A DNA stretch of 46,429 nt from Gemmatimonadota bacterium (GTDB lineage Bacteria > Gemmatimonadota > Gemmatimonadetes > Longimicrobiales > RSA9). The stretch's first letter is position 1. Each line of letters begins with the position of its first letter. A program made the translations under genes and the position numbers. The notes below the pieces were generated by a model. The model was given only the letters and a program-made list of their open reading frames with translations, searched no databases and was not told where the DNA came from. The DNA is taken from NCBI GenBank assembly GCA_040905425.1, contig JBBDRO010000033.1:1-46429 (forward strand). The letters run 5' to 3'. Of this stretch, positions 1-10,848 are shown piece after piece.

Positions 1-63
1 ATGAGGCGCCCGCCACCGTTGACGAGGCGCCAGCCGCGGAGGATGAGGCGCCCGCAGCGGCTG
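1..63 (+). repeat. Imperfect 21-nt tandem repeat (3 copies) encoding DEAPAxx
   Basis: atgaggcgcccgccaccgttg / acgaggcgccagccgcggagg / atgaggcgcccgcagcggctg. Confidence 0.6.
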
Positions 64-140
64 ACGGGGAGTCGTCGCTTGAAAAGGAACGGGAAGTGGC
101 CGACGGCGAGCCGCCAGCGGCGCGGCCCGAGGGCGCCTGA
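1..140 (+). CDS. 3' end of upstream gene (partial), acidic low-complexity tail, probably SMC-Scp subunit ScpB
   Basis: Frame 3 is open (EAPATVDEAPAAEDEAPAAADGESSLEKEREVADGEPPAARPEGA*). TGA 138-140 overlaps the rluB ATG (TGATG). scpB-rluB is a common adjacency; identity is inferred from context only. Confidence 0.45.
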   Translation, partial: EAPATVDEAPAAEDEAPAAADGESSLEKEREVADGEPPAARPEGA

Positions 141-949
141 TGGCGGGACCGGTACGCCTGCAGAAGTTCCTCTCCCAGGCCGGCGTGGCCTCGCGCCGGG
201 CGTCCGAGGACATCATCCAGGCCGGCCGGGTCAGCGTGAACGGCACGGTGGTCACCGAACTGGGCACGAAGGTGGATCCGGCCGGTGATGCGGTCATGGT
301 GGACGGCAAGCTGGTGGAGCCGGCTGCACGCAGGTGGGTGGCGCTGCACAAGCCTATCGGCTACGTGACCACCCGCGCCGATCCCGAGGGGAGGCGCACC
401 GTCTACGAGCTGCTGCCGGAGGAGCTGCACGGCCTGTTCTACGTGGGTCGGCTGGACTATGACAGCGAGGGCCTGCTCCTGCTCACCAATGACGGGGACG
501 CCGCGCACCGTCTGCTGCACCCCAGCTACGGTGCCGAACGCGTCTATGAAGCCTTGGTGGAGGGCCGCCCGGACGAAAGCGTCATGAGGCGGCTGGTCGA
601 GGGGGTTCAGCTGGAGGACGGCCTGGCGGTGGCCAGGGCCGCCGAACGCGGGGAGCGCACGCCGGGCGGCGTGATGGTGCGCATCACGCTGGCGGAGGGC
701 AGGAAGCGGGAGGTGCGGCGCATGCTGGACGCGGTCGGGCATCCCGTCAAGCGGCTGCGCCGCGTTCGTTACGGGCCCATTTCACTCGGTGATCTGCCGT
801 CCGGCGGCTGGCGCGAACTCACGCGCAAGGAGCTGTCCGCGCTCGCCCGGGTGGCCAGGCGGAAGCCGCGCCCGCGGGGAGGGAAAGCCAGGCGCGAGCG
901 TCAGGGTGGGGTGGGTCGGGATGCGGGCGGCCGGGGTCGGCAGTCTTGA
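140..949 (+). CDS. rluB: 23S rRNA pseudouridine synthase, RsuA/RluB family
   Basis: N-terminal S4 domain (RLQKFLSQAGVASRR), catalytic VGRLD motif, GLLLLTNDG, EGRKREVRRM. Confidence 0.9.
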   Translation: MAGPVRLQKFLSQAGVASRRASEDIIQAGRVSVNGTVVTELGTKVDPAGDAVMVDGKLVEPAARRWVALHKPIGYVTTRADPEGRRTVYELLPEELHGLFYVGRLDYDSEGLLLLTNDGDAAHRLLHPSYGAERVYEALVEGRPDESVMRRLVEGVQLEDGLAVARAAERGERTPGGVMVRITLAEGRKREVRRMLDAVGHPVKRLRRVRYGPISLGDLPSGGWRELTRKELSALARVARRKPRPRGGKARRERQGGVGRDAGGRGRQS

Positions 950-975
950 ACGAGGCGGGGACGAGGAGGGGGAGC

Positions 976-2631
976 ATGGAGATTCAGGGACGGCGGGTGC
1001 TGCTGCTCGGCGGCTCGGGGCTTGTGGGGATGGCCGTGGCACGCGAACTCATGGCACACGAGCCGGCCGAGCTGGTGGTCTCGGCGCTCACGCGGGCCGA
1101 GGCCGAGGCGGCGGCGGAGGAGCTCCGGCACGACGAGGCGATGCGTCCGGGCACCCGGGTCGACCCCGAGTGGGGAGACCTGTTCGTGCCCGAAGCGCTC
1201 AAGGATCGCGGGCGCGGCGCGGTGCTGGCGGACGCTTCGGACCGCGGCATGATGCTCGATGATCTCTTCGGCGAGCTCAGCGACGAGGTGGTGCGCCGCT
1301 CGACCCTCGGCAGCATACTGCTGCGCCGGCGGCCGGAGATCATCGTGGACTCGGTGAACACGGCCACGGCTTTCGCGTACCAGAACATCTTCGACAGCGC
1401 CGTGCGCCTGCGCGCCGCGGCCGCGGCCGGGGACGTGGACGCCGAGGCGGTGGAGCGCCACCTGGCCACGCTCTACCTGCCGCAGCTCATCCGGCACGTC
1501 CAGATTGCCCTGGAAGCCATGGTGCGCGTGCAGACGGCATTCTACGTGAAGGTGGGCACTTCGGGCACCGGAGGGATGGGGCTCAACATCCCCTTCACGC
1601 ACTCGGAGGAGCGGCCCAGCCGCATGCTGCTGGCCAAGTCCGGGCTGGCCGGCGCTCACACGCTGTTGCTCTACCTCATGGCGCGCACGCCGCACGCGCC
1701 GGTGGTCAAGGAGGTGAAGCCCACCGCCGCGATCGCCTGGAAGCGCATTGCCTTCGGGCCCGTCCAGCGTGGCGGTCGGCCGATCGAGCGCGTGGACGCC
1801 ACGGGGCCGGTCCCGCTGGGGGAGGCCTTCGGGTCGGGCAAAGACGCGTTCCGCGCCACCGGGCAAGCGCTCGAGGGCGTCTTCGTGGATGCCGGCGAGA
1901 ACGGGCTCTTCAGCACCGGTGAGTTCGAGGCGCTGACCTCCCTGGGACTGATGGAGTACATCACGCCCGAGGAGATTGCGGTGGACGTGGTGCGCGAGAT
2001 TCGCGGCCAGCCCACCGGCAAGGACGTGGTGGCGGCGCTGGACGCCTCCACATCCGGGCCCACGTACCGGGCCGGTGTCCTGCGTGAGGCGGCGCTGGAG
2101 CGCATGGAGGCGCTGGAAGCCGAGCATGGCGTGGAGTCCGTGGCGTACGAGATGCTCGGGCCGCCGCGCCTCTCCAAGCTGCTCTTCGAGGCGGCCGTGC
2201 TCGGGCGGCTCTACGAGGACCTGGCCGCCGTGGCGGCGCTGGAACCGGAGGAGACCGCCGAGCGCGCTCGCGCATTGCTGGTGGAGGGGGAGGATCTGCG
2301 CGTGCGTATCCTCTCCATCGGGCTGCCCATCCTGCTCCCGGACGGCGCCACCATGCTGCGCGGCCGGGACGTGAAGGTGGGTCCCGTGCAGGGGCAGGCG
2401 CCCGAGGATCCGCGCCTGCCGGAGAACGGCTGGGTGGATCTGCGGGCCGCCAACTGGGAGCGCTGGAGGGAGCGCGCTCGCGCCGTCATGGAAGGCCCGC
2501 GCGGCGGCGATGCCGAACACGGCTCCCGGCGCGACGTCGAGCCCGCGGGGCGCCGCGCGCGCATCCGCCCGGGCCGACTGGCGGCGTGGGTCTTCCGCCA
2601 TGAGGACCACGGAGAACGCGTCAAACGCTGA
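976..2631 (+). CDS. Uncharacterised NAD(P)-binding Rossmann-fold protein (extended SDR/epimerase-like), ~551 aa
   Basis: Strong SD (GAGGAGGGGGAG) before ATG 976. N-terminal VLLLGGSGLVG dinucleotide-binding motif. Typical high-GC codon usage. Confidence 0.75.
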   Translation: MEIQGRRVLLLGGSGLVGMAVARELMAHEPAELVVSALTRAEAEAAAEELRHDEAMRPGTRVDPEWGDLFVPEALKDRGRGAVLADASDRGMMLDDLFGELSDEVVRRSTLGSILLRRRPEIIVDSVNTATAFAYQNIFDSAVRLRAAAAAGDVDAEAVERHLATLYLPQLIRHVQIALEAMVRVQTAFYVKVGTSGTGGMGLNIPFTHSEERPSRMLLAKSGLAGAHTLLLYLMARTPHAPVVKEVKPTAAIAWKRIAFGPVQRGGRPIERVDATGPVPLGEAFGSGKDAFRATGQALEGVFVDAGENGLFSTGEFEALTSLGLMEYITPEEIAVDVVREIRGQPTGKDVVAALDASTSGPTYRAGVLREAALERMEALEAEHGVESVAYEMLGPPRLSKLLFEAAVLGRLYEDLAAVAALEPEETAERARALLVEGEDLRVRILSIGLPILLPDGATMLRGRDVKVGPVQGQAPEDPRLPENGWVDLRAANWERWRERARAVMEGPRGGDAEHGSRRDVEPAGRRARIRPGRLAAWVFRHEDHGERVKR

Positions 2632-2680
2632 CCGGGTGCCGGCGGCCTCGCCGCTGCCTGCCCCATGAGCAGGAGGACAG

Positions 2681-3667
<987 letters not shown>

Positions 3668-3682
3668 GGCAGGGGGCGATCG

Positions 3683-4653
<971 letters not shown>

Positions 4654-4654
<1 letters not shown>

Positions 4655-5574
4655 TGCGTGCGCGCGCACCCCTCCTCCTCGTGCTTGCCGCGCTGGCCGC
4701 TGCGCCGGCCGCGGCACAGCGCTCGGCCACGGCGCTGGATCCGGACTCCGTCACGGTGGGAGAGGTGGCGCGCGTGGCGGTGGTGGTGAGTCGGCCGTCC
4801 GGTGTGGAGGCCGCGTTTCCGGATTCGCTGATGCTGCCGCCGGACGTGGAGATGGCGGGGCCCCGCACCCTGGTGCTGGATACCACCGGCGAACGCCTGG
4901 CCACGGCCATCTATCCGGTGACCGCATGGCGGCCCGGTGTCCTGCCGCTGGGCAGCGTGACCGTGGCCTTCAGCCAGCCCACGGGCGCCTCCCTCGAGGT
5001 GACCCTGCCCACGCTGGTCGTGCTCTCCGTACTGCCGCCTGACACGGCGGGTATCGAGGCCCGGCCGCCCAAGGACGTGCTCGGGGCCAACCGCGTCTGG
5101 TGGCCCATCCTGCTGGCGCTGCTGGTGCTGGCTCTGCTGGCCGCGCTGGCGTGGTGGCTCTGGCGCCGCCGCACCGTGCCCGAGGAGATCGCGGCAGCGC
5201 CGCACGTGCCCGGGATGGGCCCGCGCGCGGAGGCGCTGGCGGCGCTGGAGCTGGCCGCGCAGATGCCCCTGGAGCACCGTGACCAGGTGAAGTTCTTCCA
5301 CGCGCGGATGACCGCCACGCTGCGCCGTTACGCGGTGGCCGTGGATCGCCGCCTGGGTCCGGAGCTCACCACCACGGAGCTGGCCGCCCGCGTGGGCGGG
5401 GCCCCGGCGCTGGAGCCGCTCCTGGCCCTGCTGCGTCGGGCCGACCTGGTGAAGTTCGCGCGCCGCTCCACCACGGCGGCGGAGGCGCGCGCCGAACTGG
5501 AGCGGGCGCGCGCGTGGGTGGCGGCGTGGCCACCGCCGGTCGTGCGGTCGGCGGAGGAGGAGCGCGCCGCATGA
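4654..5574 (+). CDS. Bat-operon membrane-anchored protein (signal peptide, beta-rich ectodomain, single TM, cytoplasmic helical domain)
   Basis: Signal peptide (MRARAPLLLVLAALAAAPAAAQ), TM WWPILLALLVLALLAALAWWLW, ELTTTE and ADLVKFAR motifs typical of the gene between DUF58 and batA. Confidence 0.75.
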
Positions 5575-6560
5575 TCTTCGACTTCGCACGCCCCTGGGTC
5601 CTGCTGCTGCTGCTCCTGGCCCCGCTCTGGATCCTGCATCTGCGCGGCCGGGCGCGTCCGGGGCTGGTCTTTCCACGCGCGGACATGGCGGGGCGGGCCG
5701 CGGGCCGTCGGTCGGCCCGGCTGGCGCGCCTGCCCGGGTGGCTCCGGGGCGCCGCGCTCGTGGCGCTGGTGGTGGCGCTGGCGGCGCCGCGCACGGGTTC
5801 GGCGGTCGTGGACGTGGACGCCGAGGGCATTGCCATCGTGCTGGCCGTGGACGTGTCCAGCTCCATGCTGGCCGAGGACATGGACGAGGGCAACCGGCTG
5901 ACCGCGGCCAAGGCCACGGTGGGCGAGTTCATCACCGGCCGCGAGTGGGATCGCATCGGCCTGGTCTCGTTCGCGGGAGAGGCGCTCACGCAGGTGCCGC
6001 TCACCCTGGACTATCCCGTGCTCCTGCAGGCGCTCGACCAGCTGCAGGCGGGCGGGCAACTGCGCGACGGCACCGCCATCGGGACGGCCATTGCCACCTC
6101 CGCCAATCGCCTGCGTCGCGCGGAGGGCCAGTCCCGCGTCCTCATCCTCATGACCGACGGGGAGAACAACACCGGTGAGATCGACCCGCTCACCGCGGCG
6201 CGCGCCGCCGACGCCTTCGGGATCCGCATCTACACCATCGGCGTGGGCAGCGAAGGGGTGGCGCCTATGCCCGTGGCGCGCGGGCCGTTCGGGGTGCAGT
6301 ACGCCAACATGCCGGTCCACATCGACGAGGAATTGCTGCAGGCCATTGCTGGAGCCACCGGCGGACAGTTCTTCCGCGCCACGAACGAGACGGCTCTGGA
6401 CAGTGTGTACCACCGCATCGACGCCCTCGAGCGTACCACCGTGGAGGTGAGCCGGCAGGTGAACTACCGGGACCGCCACGGGCCGCTCCTGGCACTGGCC
6501 ACGCTGGCGCTGCTGGCGGAGTGGCTGCTGGCCGCGTCCCGCTGGGGCAGGGTGCCATGA
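5571..6560 (+). CDS. batA: BatA-like VWA-domain membrane protein
   Basis: ATGA overlap with previous gene. N-terminal FARPWVLLLL BatA motif, MIDAS DVSSS, GTAIGTAI, LMTDGENNTG, IYTIGVG, C-terminal TM. Confidence 0.88.
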   Translation: MIFDFARPWVLLLLLLAPLWILHLRGRARPGLVFPRADMAGRAAGRRSARLARLPGWLRGAALVALVVALAAPRTGSAVVDVDAEGIAIVLAVDVSSSMLAEDMDEGNRLTAAKATVGEFITGREWDRIGLVSFAGEALTQVPLTLDYPVLLQALDQLQAGGQLRDGTAIGTAIATSANRLRRAEGQSRVLILMTDGENNTGEIDPLTAARAADAFGIRIYTIGVGSEGVAPMPVARGPFGVQYANMPVHIDEELLQAIAGATGGQFFRATNETALDSVYHRIDALERTTVEVSRQVNYRDRHGPLLALATLALLAEWLLAASRWGRVP

Positions 6561-8326
6561 GCGCGGCGCGTCCGGACCTGCTCTACCTGGCCGTGCTGCT
6601 GCCCGTCTTGATCGCGGGGGGCGTGCTCGGTTGGTGGCAGCGCAGGCGCGCCGCGGCCGCGGCGCTGGGGGACAGCGCGCTCATCACGCGCCTGGCGGGC
6701 CAGGAACTCACCGCGCTGCCCCGCCGCCGGCTGATCCTGCTGGCCGGCGCGGCGGCCGCCCTGGGGGTGGCGGCGGCGGGCCCCACCTGGGGGCTGGACC
6801 GGGAGGCGTCCACCGGCGTGGCGGCGGACGTGGTCCTGGCCATGGACGTGTCCCGCTCCATGCTGGCGGAGGACGTGACGCCCTCGCGGCTGGAGCGGGC
6901 CCGGCTGCTGGCCGCCCAGCTCGTGCGTGAACTGCGCGGGGATCGGCTGGGGCTGGTGGTCTTTGCCGGTCGGGCGTATACGCTCTCACCGCTCACGGTG
7001 GACGCCGGCGCGCTGAATCTGTACGTGAACGCTCTGGACCCGGAGATCGTGAGCCAGGGCGGCTCCTCACTAGCCGCCGCCATCCGCCAGGCTGCGGACC
7101 TGGCCCGCGGCGGCACCGTGAGCGCGCGGGACCGTGTGGTGGTGCTCATCACGGATGGGGAGGCCCACGACCAGGAGGATGAGGTGCTGGCCGCCGCCGA
7201 GGCAGCCGAGCGGGCGGGCGTGACGGTGCACACGGTGGGCGTAGGAACGCTCCAGGGAGCGCGCATCGTGGATCAGGTGCTGCCCGACGGACGCACGCGC
7301 TGGGTGGTGGGCCCGGACGGTGAGATCGTGGTGAGCCGCCTCGGCCAGGAACTGCTCAGCCGGGTGGCCGGGATCACCGGGGGGCGCTACGTGCACCTGG
7401 ACGGCGGGGGAGCCGCCACGGCCCTGCTACGGGCCATGGGTGACCTGGAGCGTACGGCCACGGGAGAGGCGGGGCGATGGGTGCCGCGGGACCGCTCGGG
7501 CCTCTTCATTGCGCTGGCCCTCGTGCTGCTCGCGCTGGACACCTGGCTTGCCCTGCCACTCGCCCCTGGACGGGGCCTCCGCTGGCCAACGCTACTGCGG
7601 CGTCCCGTGACCCGCGCAGGACAGCGAGCCCTTCTCCTCGTGGCGCTCCTGGTGATCACCGGCGCCGGCATCGGTGATCTGGAGCGTGGCAATCGCCTCT
7701 ATCGCGAGGGCCGCTGGGCCGAGGCCGTGGAGGCGTACCGGGCCGCCCTCGCGGAAGGGGAGGCCTCCGCCGCCCTGCACTACAACCTGGGCACCGCCCT
7801 GCTGCGCCTGAACCGTTTCGAGGAGGCCGATCAGCACCTGGAAACGGCGCTCCGCACGGTGGAGCCGGAGCTGCGCCAGCGCGCCCTGTACAATCTGGGC
7901 AATCGCTTCCTGGAGGAGTATCGCGCGGCGCCCCCCGGGAGCGTACCGCCCGATCGGCTCGCCGCCGCCGTGGAGGCCTATCGTCGAGCCCTGCGCCTGG
8001 ATCCCGATGACGTGGATGCCAAGTGGAACCTGGAGCTGGCGCTCCGGGAGCAGGAGGACGCGGCCCCGCAAGGCGGCGCCGGTGGCCAGGACGAAGAGGG
8101 AATCGGGGATCCGCAGCAGGGGCAGGCGGGACCCGGCGGCACGGGCACCGGCACGGCCGGGAGCCAGGCTCCGTCGAGTGCCTCCCCCGGTGCGGAGGGC
8201 GGCACGCCGATGAGCCGGGAACAGGCGGAGCGGATCCTGGCCGCCGCGGAGCAGGATGAGGCGGCGCTCACGCGCGAGACGCTGCGGCGCGGCCAGCGCA
8301 GCACCCCCGTACGCCGCAACTGGTGA
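6557..8326 (+). CDS. BatB-BatC fusion: VWA domain + TMs + TPR domain + Q/G/E-rich tail
   Basis: MIDAS DVSRSM..DVTPSRL, ITDGE; then TPRs (GNRLY..AVEAY, YNLGTAL, YNLGN, AKWNLELA); C-terminal EQAERIL...RNW resembles BatC. Confidence 0.85.
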   Translation: MSAARPDLLYLAVLLPVLIAGGVLGWWQRRRAAAAALGDSALITRLAGQELTALPRRRLILLAGAAAALGVAAAGPTWGLDREASTGVAADVVLAMDVSRSMLAEDVTPSRLERARLLAAQLVRELRGDRLGLVVFAGRAYTLSPLTVDAGALNLYVNALDPEIVSQGGSSLAAAIRQAADLARGGTVSARDRVVVLITDGEAHDQEDEVLAAAEAAERAGVTVHTVGVGTLQGARIVDQVLPDGRTRWVVGPDGEIVVSRLGQELLSRVAGITGGRYVHLDGGGAATALLRAMGDLERTATGEAGRWVPRDRSGLFIALALVLLALDTWLALPLAPGRGLRWPTLLRRPVTRAGQRALLLVALLVITGAGIGDLERGNRLYREGRWAEAVEAYRAALAEGEASAALHYNLGTALLRLNRFEEADQHLETALRTVEPELRQRALYNLGNRFLEEYRAAPPGSVPPDRLAAAVEAYRRALRLDPDDVDAKWNLELALREQEDAAPQGGAGGQDEEGIGDPQQGQAGPGGTGTGTAGSQAPSSASPGAEGGTPMSREQAERILAAAEQDEAALTRETLRRGQRSTPVRRNW

Positions 8327-10644
8327 GCCCGGGCGCGCTCCTCCTGGCGCTGGGCCTGCTGCTGCCGCCGCAGGAGCCCGGCACGGCCACCGCACAGCTG
8401 CGGGTGGGCGCCACCCTCGTGCCCACGGAGCTGCACGTGGGTGAGACTGCCGTACTGCGCATCACCGTGGAGGGTCCAGCGGGCGACGCGCCGGTCGTGC
8501 GGATGCCTACGCCGCCGCTCGGCCTGCAACTGCGCGGCACGCAGACGCAGTTTCGTGGCAGCGGCGCGGGAACCAGGCGCCTGTTCGTACGTGAACTGCT
8601 CCTGGAGGCCGTGACCCCGGGCACGTATACGCTGCCGGCCGCCACCATACAGGTAGGGGACCAGATCCGCCGCACCGCGGTGCTCTCCCTCACCGTGCGC
8701 CCCAGGCCTCCCTCCCAGCCGGGCGGAGCGGAGGAGGTCCTGCTGCGCATGACGGCCGAGCCGGACACGGTCTACGTGGGCCAGGAGGTGCGCCTGCGCA
8801 CCGAGGCGCTCTTTCCGGCCGACCTGCGCCTCCGCCAGGCCCGTCCGGCGGTGCTGGAGCCACCCGACGCGGCAGGCTTCTGGAGCTATGACCTGCCGCG
8901 CCCCGCGGGTAGCACGGTGCGCGTGGAAGAGGGTCGTCGCTACGAAACCGAGACCTTCGTGCGCAGCTATTTTCCGCTGGAGGCCGGCACATACCAACTG
9001 GAGGGCGCACGCCTCACCTACGAGGTGCGGCGCGGCTTCCTGGGCGATCCGTTACCTGGCGAGGCCACCGCCGCGCCCGTCCGGGTGGTGGTGCTGCCCC
9101 TGCCGGACAGCGGCCGTCCGGCGGAATTCGCCGGTGCGGTCGGCCGCTATGGCGTGAGTGCCCGCTTGCGGCCGACCACCGTGGGGGTGGGGGAGAGCGC
9201 CGAACTGGTGGTGGAGGTGACGGGTCAGGGAAACGTGAAAGCGCTTCCGCCCCCGGTGCTGCCGAGCCTGGAGGGGGTCGAGGCCCACGCGCTCGAGGAG
9301 GAGACGGAGCTGGAGTTGACGGGCAACGCGGTGCGCGGCACCAAGCGGTTCCGCTGGGCCCTCATTCCCGGCGCGGGCGGGAGGGTGTCCATCGACGGCG
9401 TGGCGCTGCCCTTCTTCGATCCCGAGGCGCGCAGCTACGATGTGGCGCGCGCCGCGCCGCTGGATCTCACGGTCGTCCCCTCGAGCGGCAGCCAGGGCGT
9501 ACTGCCTGCGCTGCTCGACCGCCCGCGCCCGCGCCTGCTGACCTGGGTGTGGAGCCCCTGGTTTCTGACGCTGCAACTCACGCCGCTGCTGCTGGTGGGT
9601 GGCGCGCTGCTGCTGCGCGCGCGCCGGCGGCGTGCCGCGGCCGTGGTGCAGCCACCGCGCCTTCCGGACAACGCCAGTCTGGCGGAGGTGGAGCGTGTGC
9701 TGCGCCAGGCCGTTGCCACAACGACCGGCGTGGAACCGACCGCGGCGCCCGCCGAACTGGGCCGTGCGCTCGCCAGGAGCGGAGCCGGGGCCGACATAGC
9801 GGACGCCGTGGTGGACCTGCTGCAGCGCGTGGAACGCGCCCGCTACGCACCAGGAGGGGAGGGGGAGGACGCCGCGCTGGCAGGAGCCGCGGCGGGCATC
9901 CTGGCACGCCTGCCGCTTCCTGAACGGGCCCCGCGCAGCCGGCACGGCGCGGTGGCCGGTGCCCTCCTGGCCATCCTGCTCGCGGCCCCGGGGCCGGCGC
10001 AGGGTCCGGATGCCTTCGGTGCGGGCGTGGCCGCCTACGAGGCGGCGCGGTGGGATGAGGCTCTGCGTCATTTCGAACACCACCTGGTCTACCACCCGGA
10101 GGACGCGGCAGGCTGGTTCAACGCCGGCCTGGCGCAGGCACGCGCCGGCCGGCATGGTCACGCCGTGCATGCCTGGGTACGCGCCACCCGATTGGCCCCG
10201 CGGCTGGACGCACCGCGCGCCGCGCTACGGGCGGTGGGGGCGGGTGAGGCGCTCAGCCTGGCCACCCCACGGCTGCCCGTGCGCCGCCACGAGGCCCTGC
10301 TGGCGGCTGCCGCCGCCTGGCTGCTGGCGGGATCGCTGGCCGCGCTGGGCGTCCTGGTGAGCGGGAGCAGGATGCTTCGCGGTGCGGCCGGTGCGGCGGG
10401 CGCAGCCGTACTGGCTCTCGGCGCGGCAGCCGCGGCGCCCGCCCCGGCCGGGGTGGTGGTAGTGGTGGAGGACAGCACGTCGGTGCATGCCGCGCCGGTG
10501 TCGCGGGCGGAGGTCCTGGGCCGACTCGGTCCCGGAGCCACGGTGCGCGTGGTGGAGCGGCGCGCGGACTGGGTCCGCGTGCGCCCCAGCCAAGGCGTGG
10601 AGGGGTGGATCCCCGCCGCGGCGGCGCCGCCGCTGGACGGGTGA
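8323..10644 (+). CDS. BatD-BatE fusion: Ig-like BatD domains + TM + TPR + SH3b
   Basis: GTGA overlap. Signal peptide, TVYVGQEV, FAGAVGRY, GQGNVKAL, FFDPEARSY (BatD). WFNAGLA TPR and GATVRVVERRADWVRVR..GVEGWIP SH3 (BatE). Confidence 0.8.
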   Translation: MSPGALLLALGLLLPPQEPGTATAQLRVGATLVPTELHVGETAVLRITVEGPAGDAPVVRMPTPPLGLQLRGTQTQFRGSGAGTRRLFVRELLLEAVTPGTYTLPAATIQVGDQIRRTAVLSLTVRPRPPSQPGGAEEVLLRMTAEPDTVYVGQEVRLRTEALFPADLRLRQARPAVLEPPDAAGFWSYDLPRPAGSTVRVEEGRRYETETFVRSYFPLEAGTYQLEGARLTYEVRRGFLGDPLPGEATAAPVRVVVLPLPDSGRPAEFAGAVGRYGVSARLRPTTVGVGESAELVVEVTGQGNVKALPPPVLPSLEGVEAHALEEETELELTGNAVRGTKRFRWALIPGAGGRVSIDGVALPFFDPEARSYDVARAAPLDLTVVPSSGSQGVLPALLDRPRPRLLTWVWSPWFLTLQLTPLLLVGGALLLRARRRRAAAVVQPPRLPDNASLAEVERVLRQAVATTTGVEPTAAPAELGRALARSGAGADIADAVVDLLQRVERARYAPGGEGEDAALAGAAAGILARLPLPERAPRSRHGAVAGALLAILLAAPGPAQGPDAFGAGVAAYEAARWDEALRHFEHHLVYHPEDAAGWFNAGLAQARAGRHGHAVHAWVRATRLAPRLDAPRAALRAVGAGEALSLATPRLPVRRHEALLAAAAAWLLAGSLAALGVLVSGSRMLRGAAGAAGAAVLALGAAAAAPAPAGVVVVVEDSTSVHAAPVSRAEVLGRLGPGATVRVVERRADWVRVRPSQGVEGWIPAAAAPPLDG

Positions 10645-10731
10645 CCCCCACGCGGGAGGATCGACTGTACCTGCCAGGTACTTTGTCGTAGATTGCAGCC
10701 GTTCCGCCCGGCCCCGCCGGCGCGGGTGGAC

Positions 10732-10805
10732 GGGCCCGTAGCTCAGTCGGTCAGAGCATCCGACTCATAATCGGCAGGTCCTGGGTTCGAGTCCCAGCGG
10801 GCCCA
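10732..10805 (+). tRNA. tRNA-Ile2 (anticodon CAT, presumably lysidine-modified); CCA not encoded
   Basis: Acceptor stem GGGCCCG/CGGGCCC + A73, D-arm TAGCTCAGTCGGTCAGAGC, anticodon loop CT-CAT-AA (10766-10768), T-loop GGTTCGAGTCC. Overall pattern matches Ile2 rather than fMet (paired first base pair, no GGG/CCC anticodon stem). Elongator Met cannot be fully excluded. Confidence 0.9.
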
Positions 10806-10848
10806 CTCTGCATATTCAACGCCCCCCACCCACGGCAGCCATGTCCGC

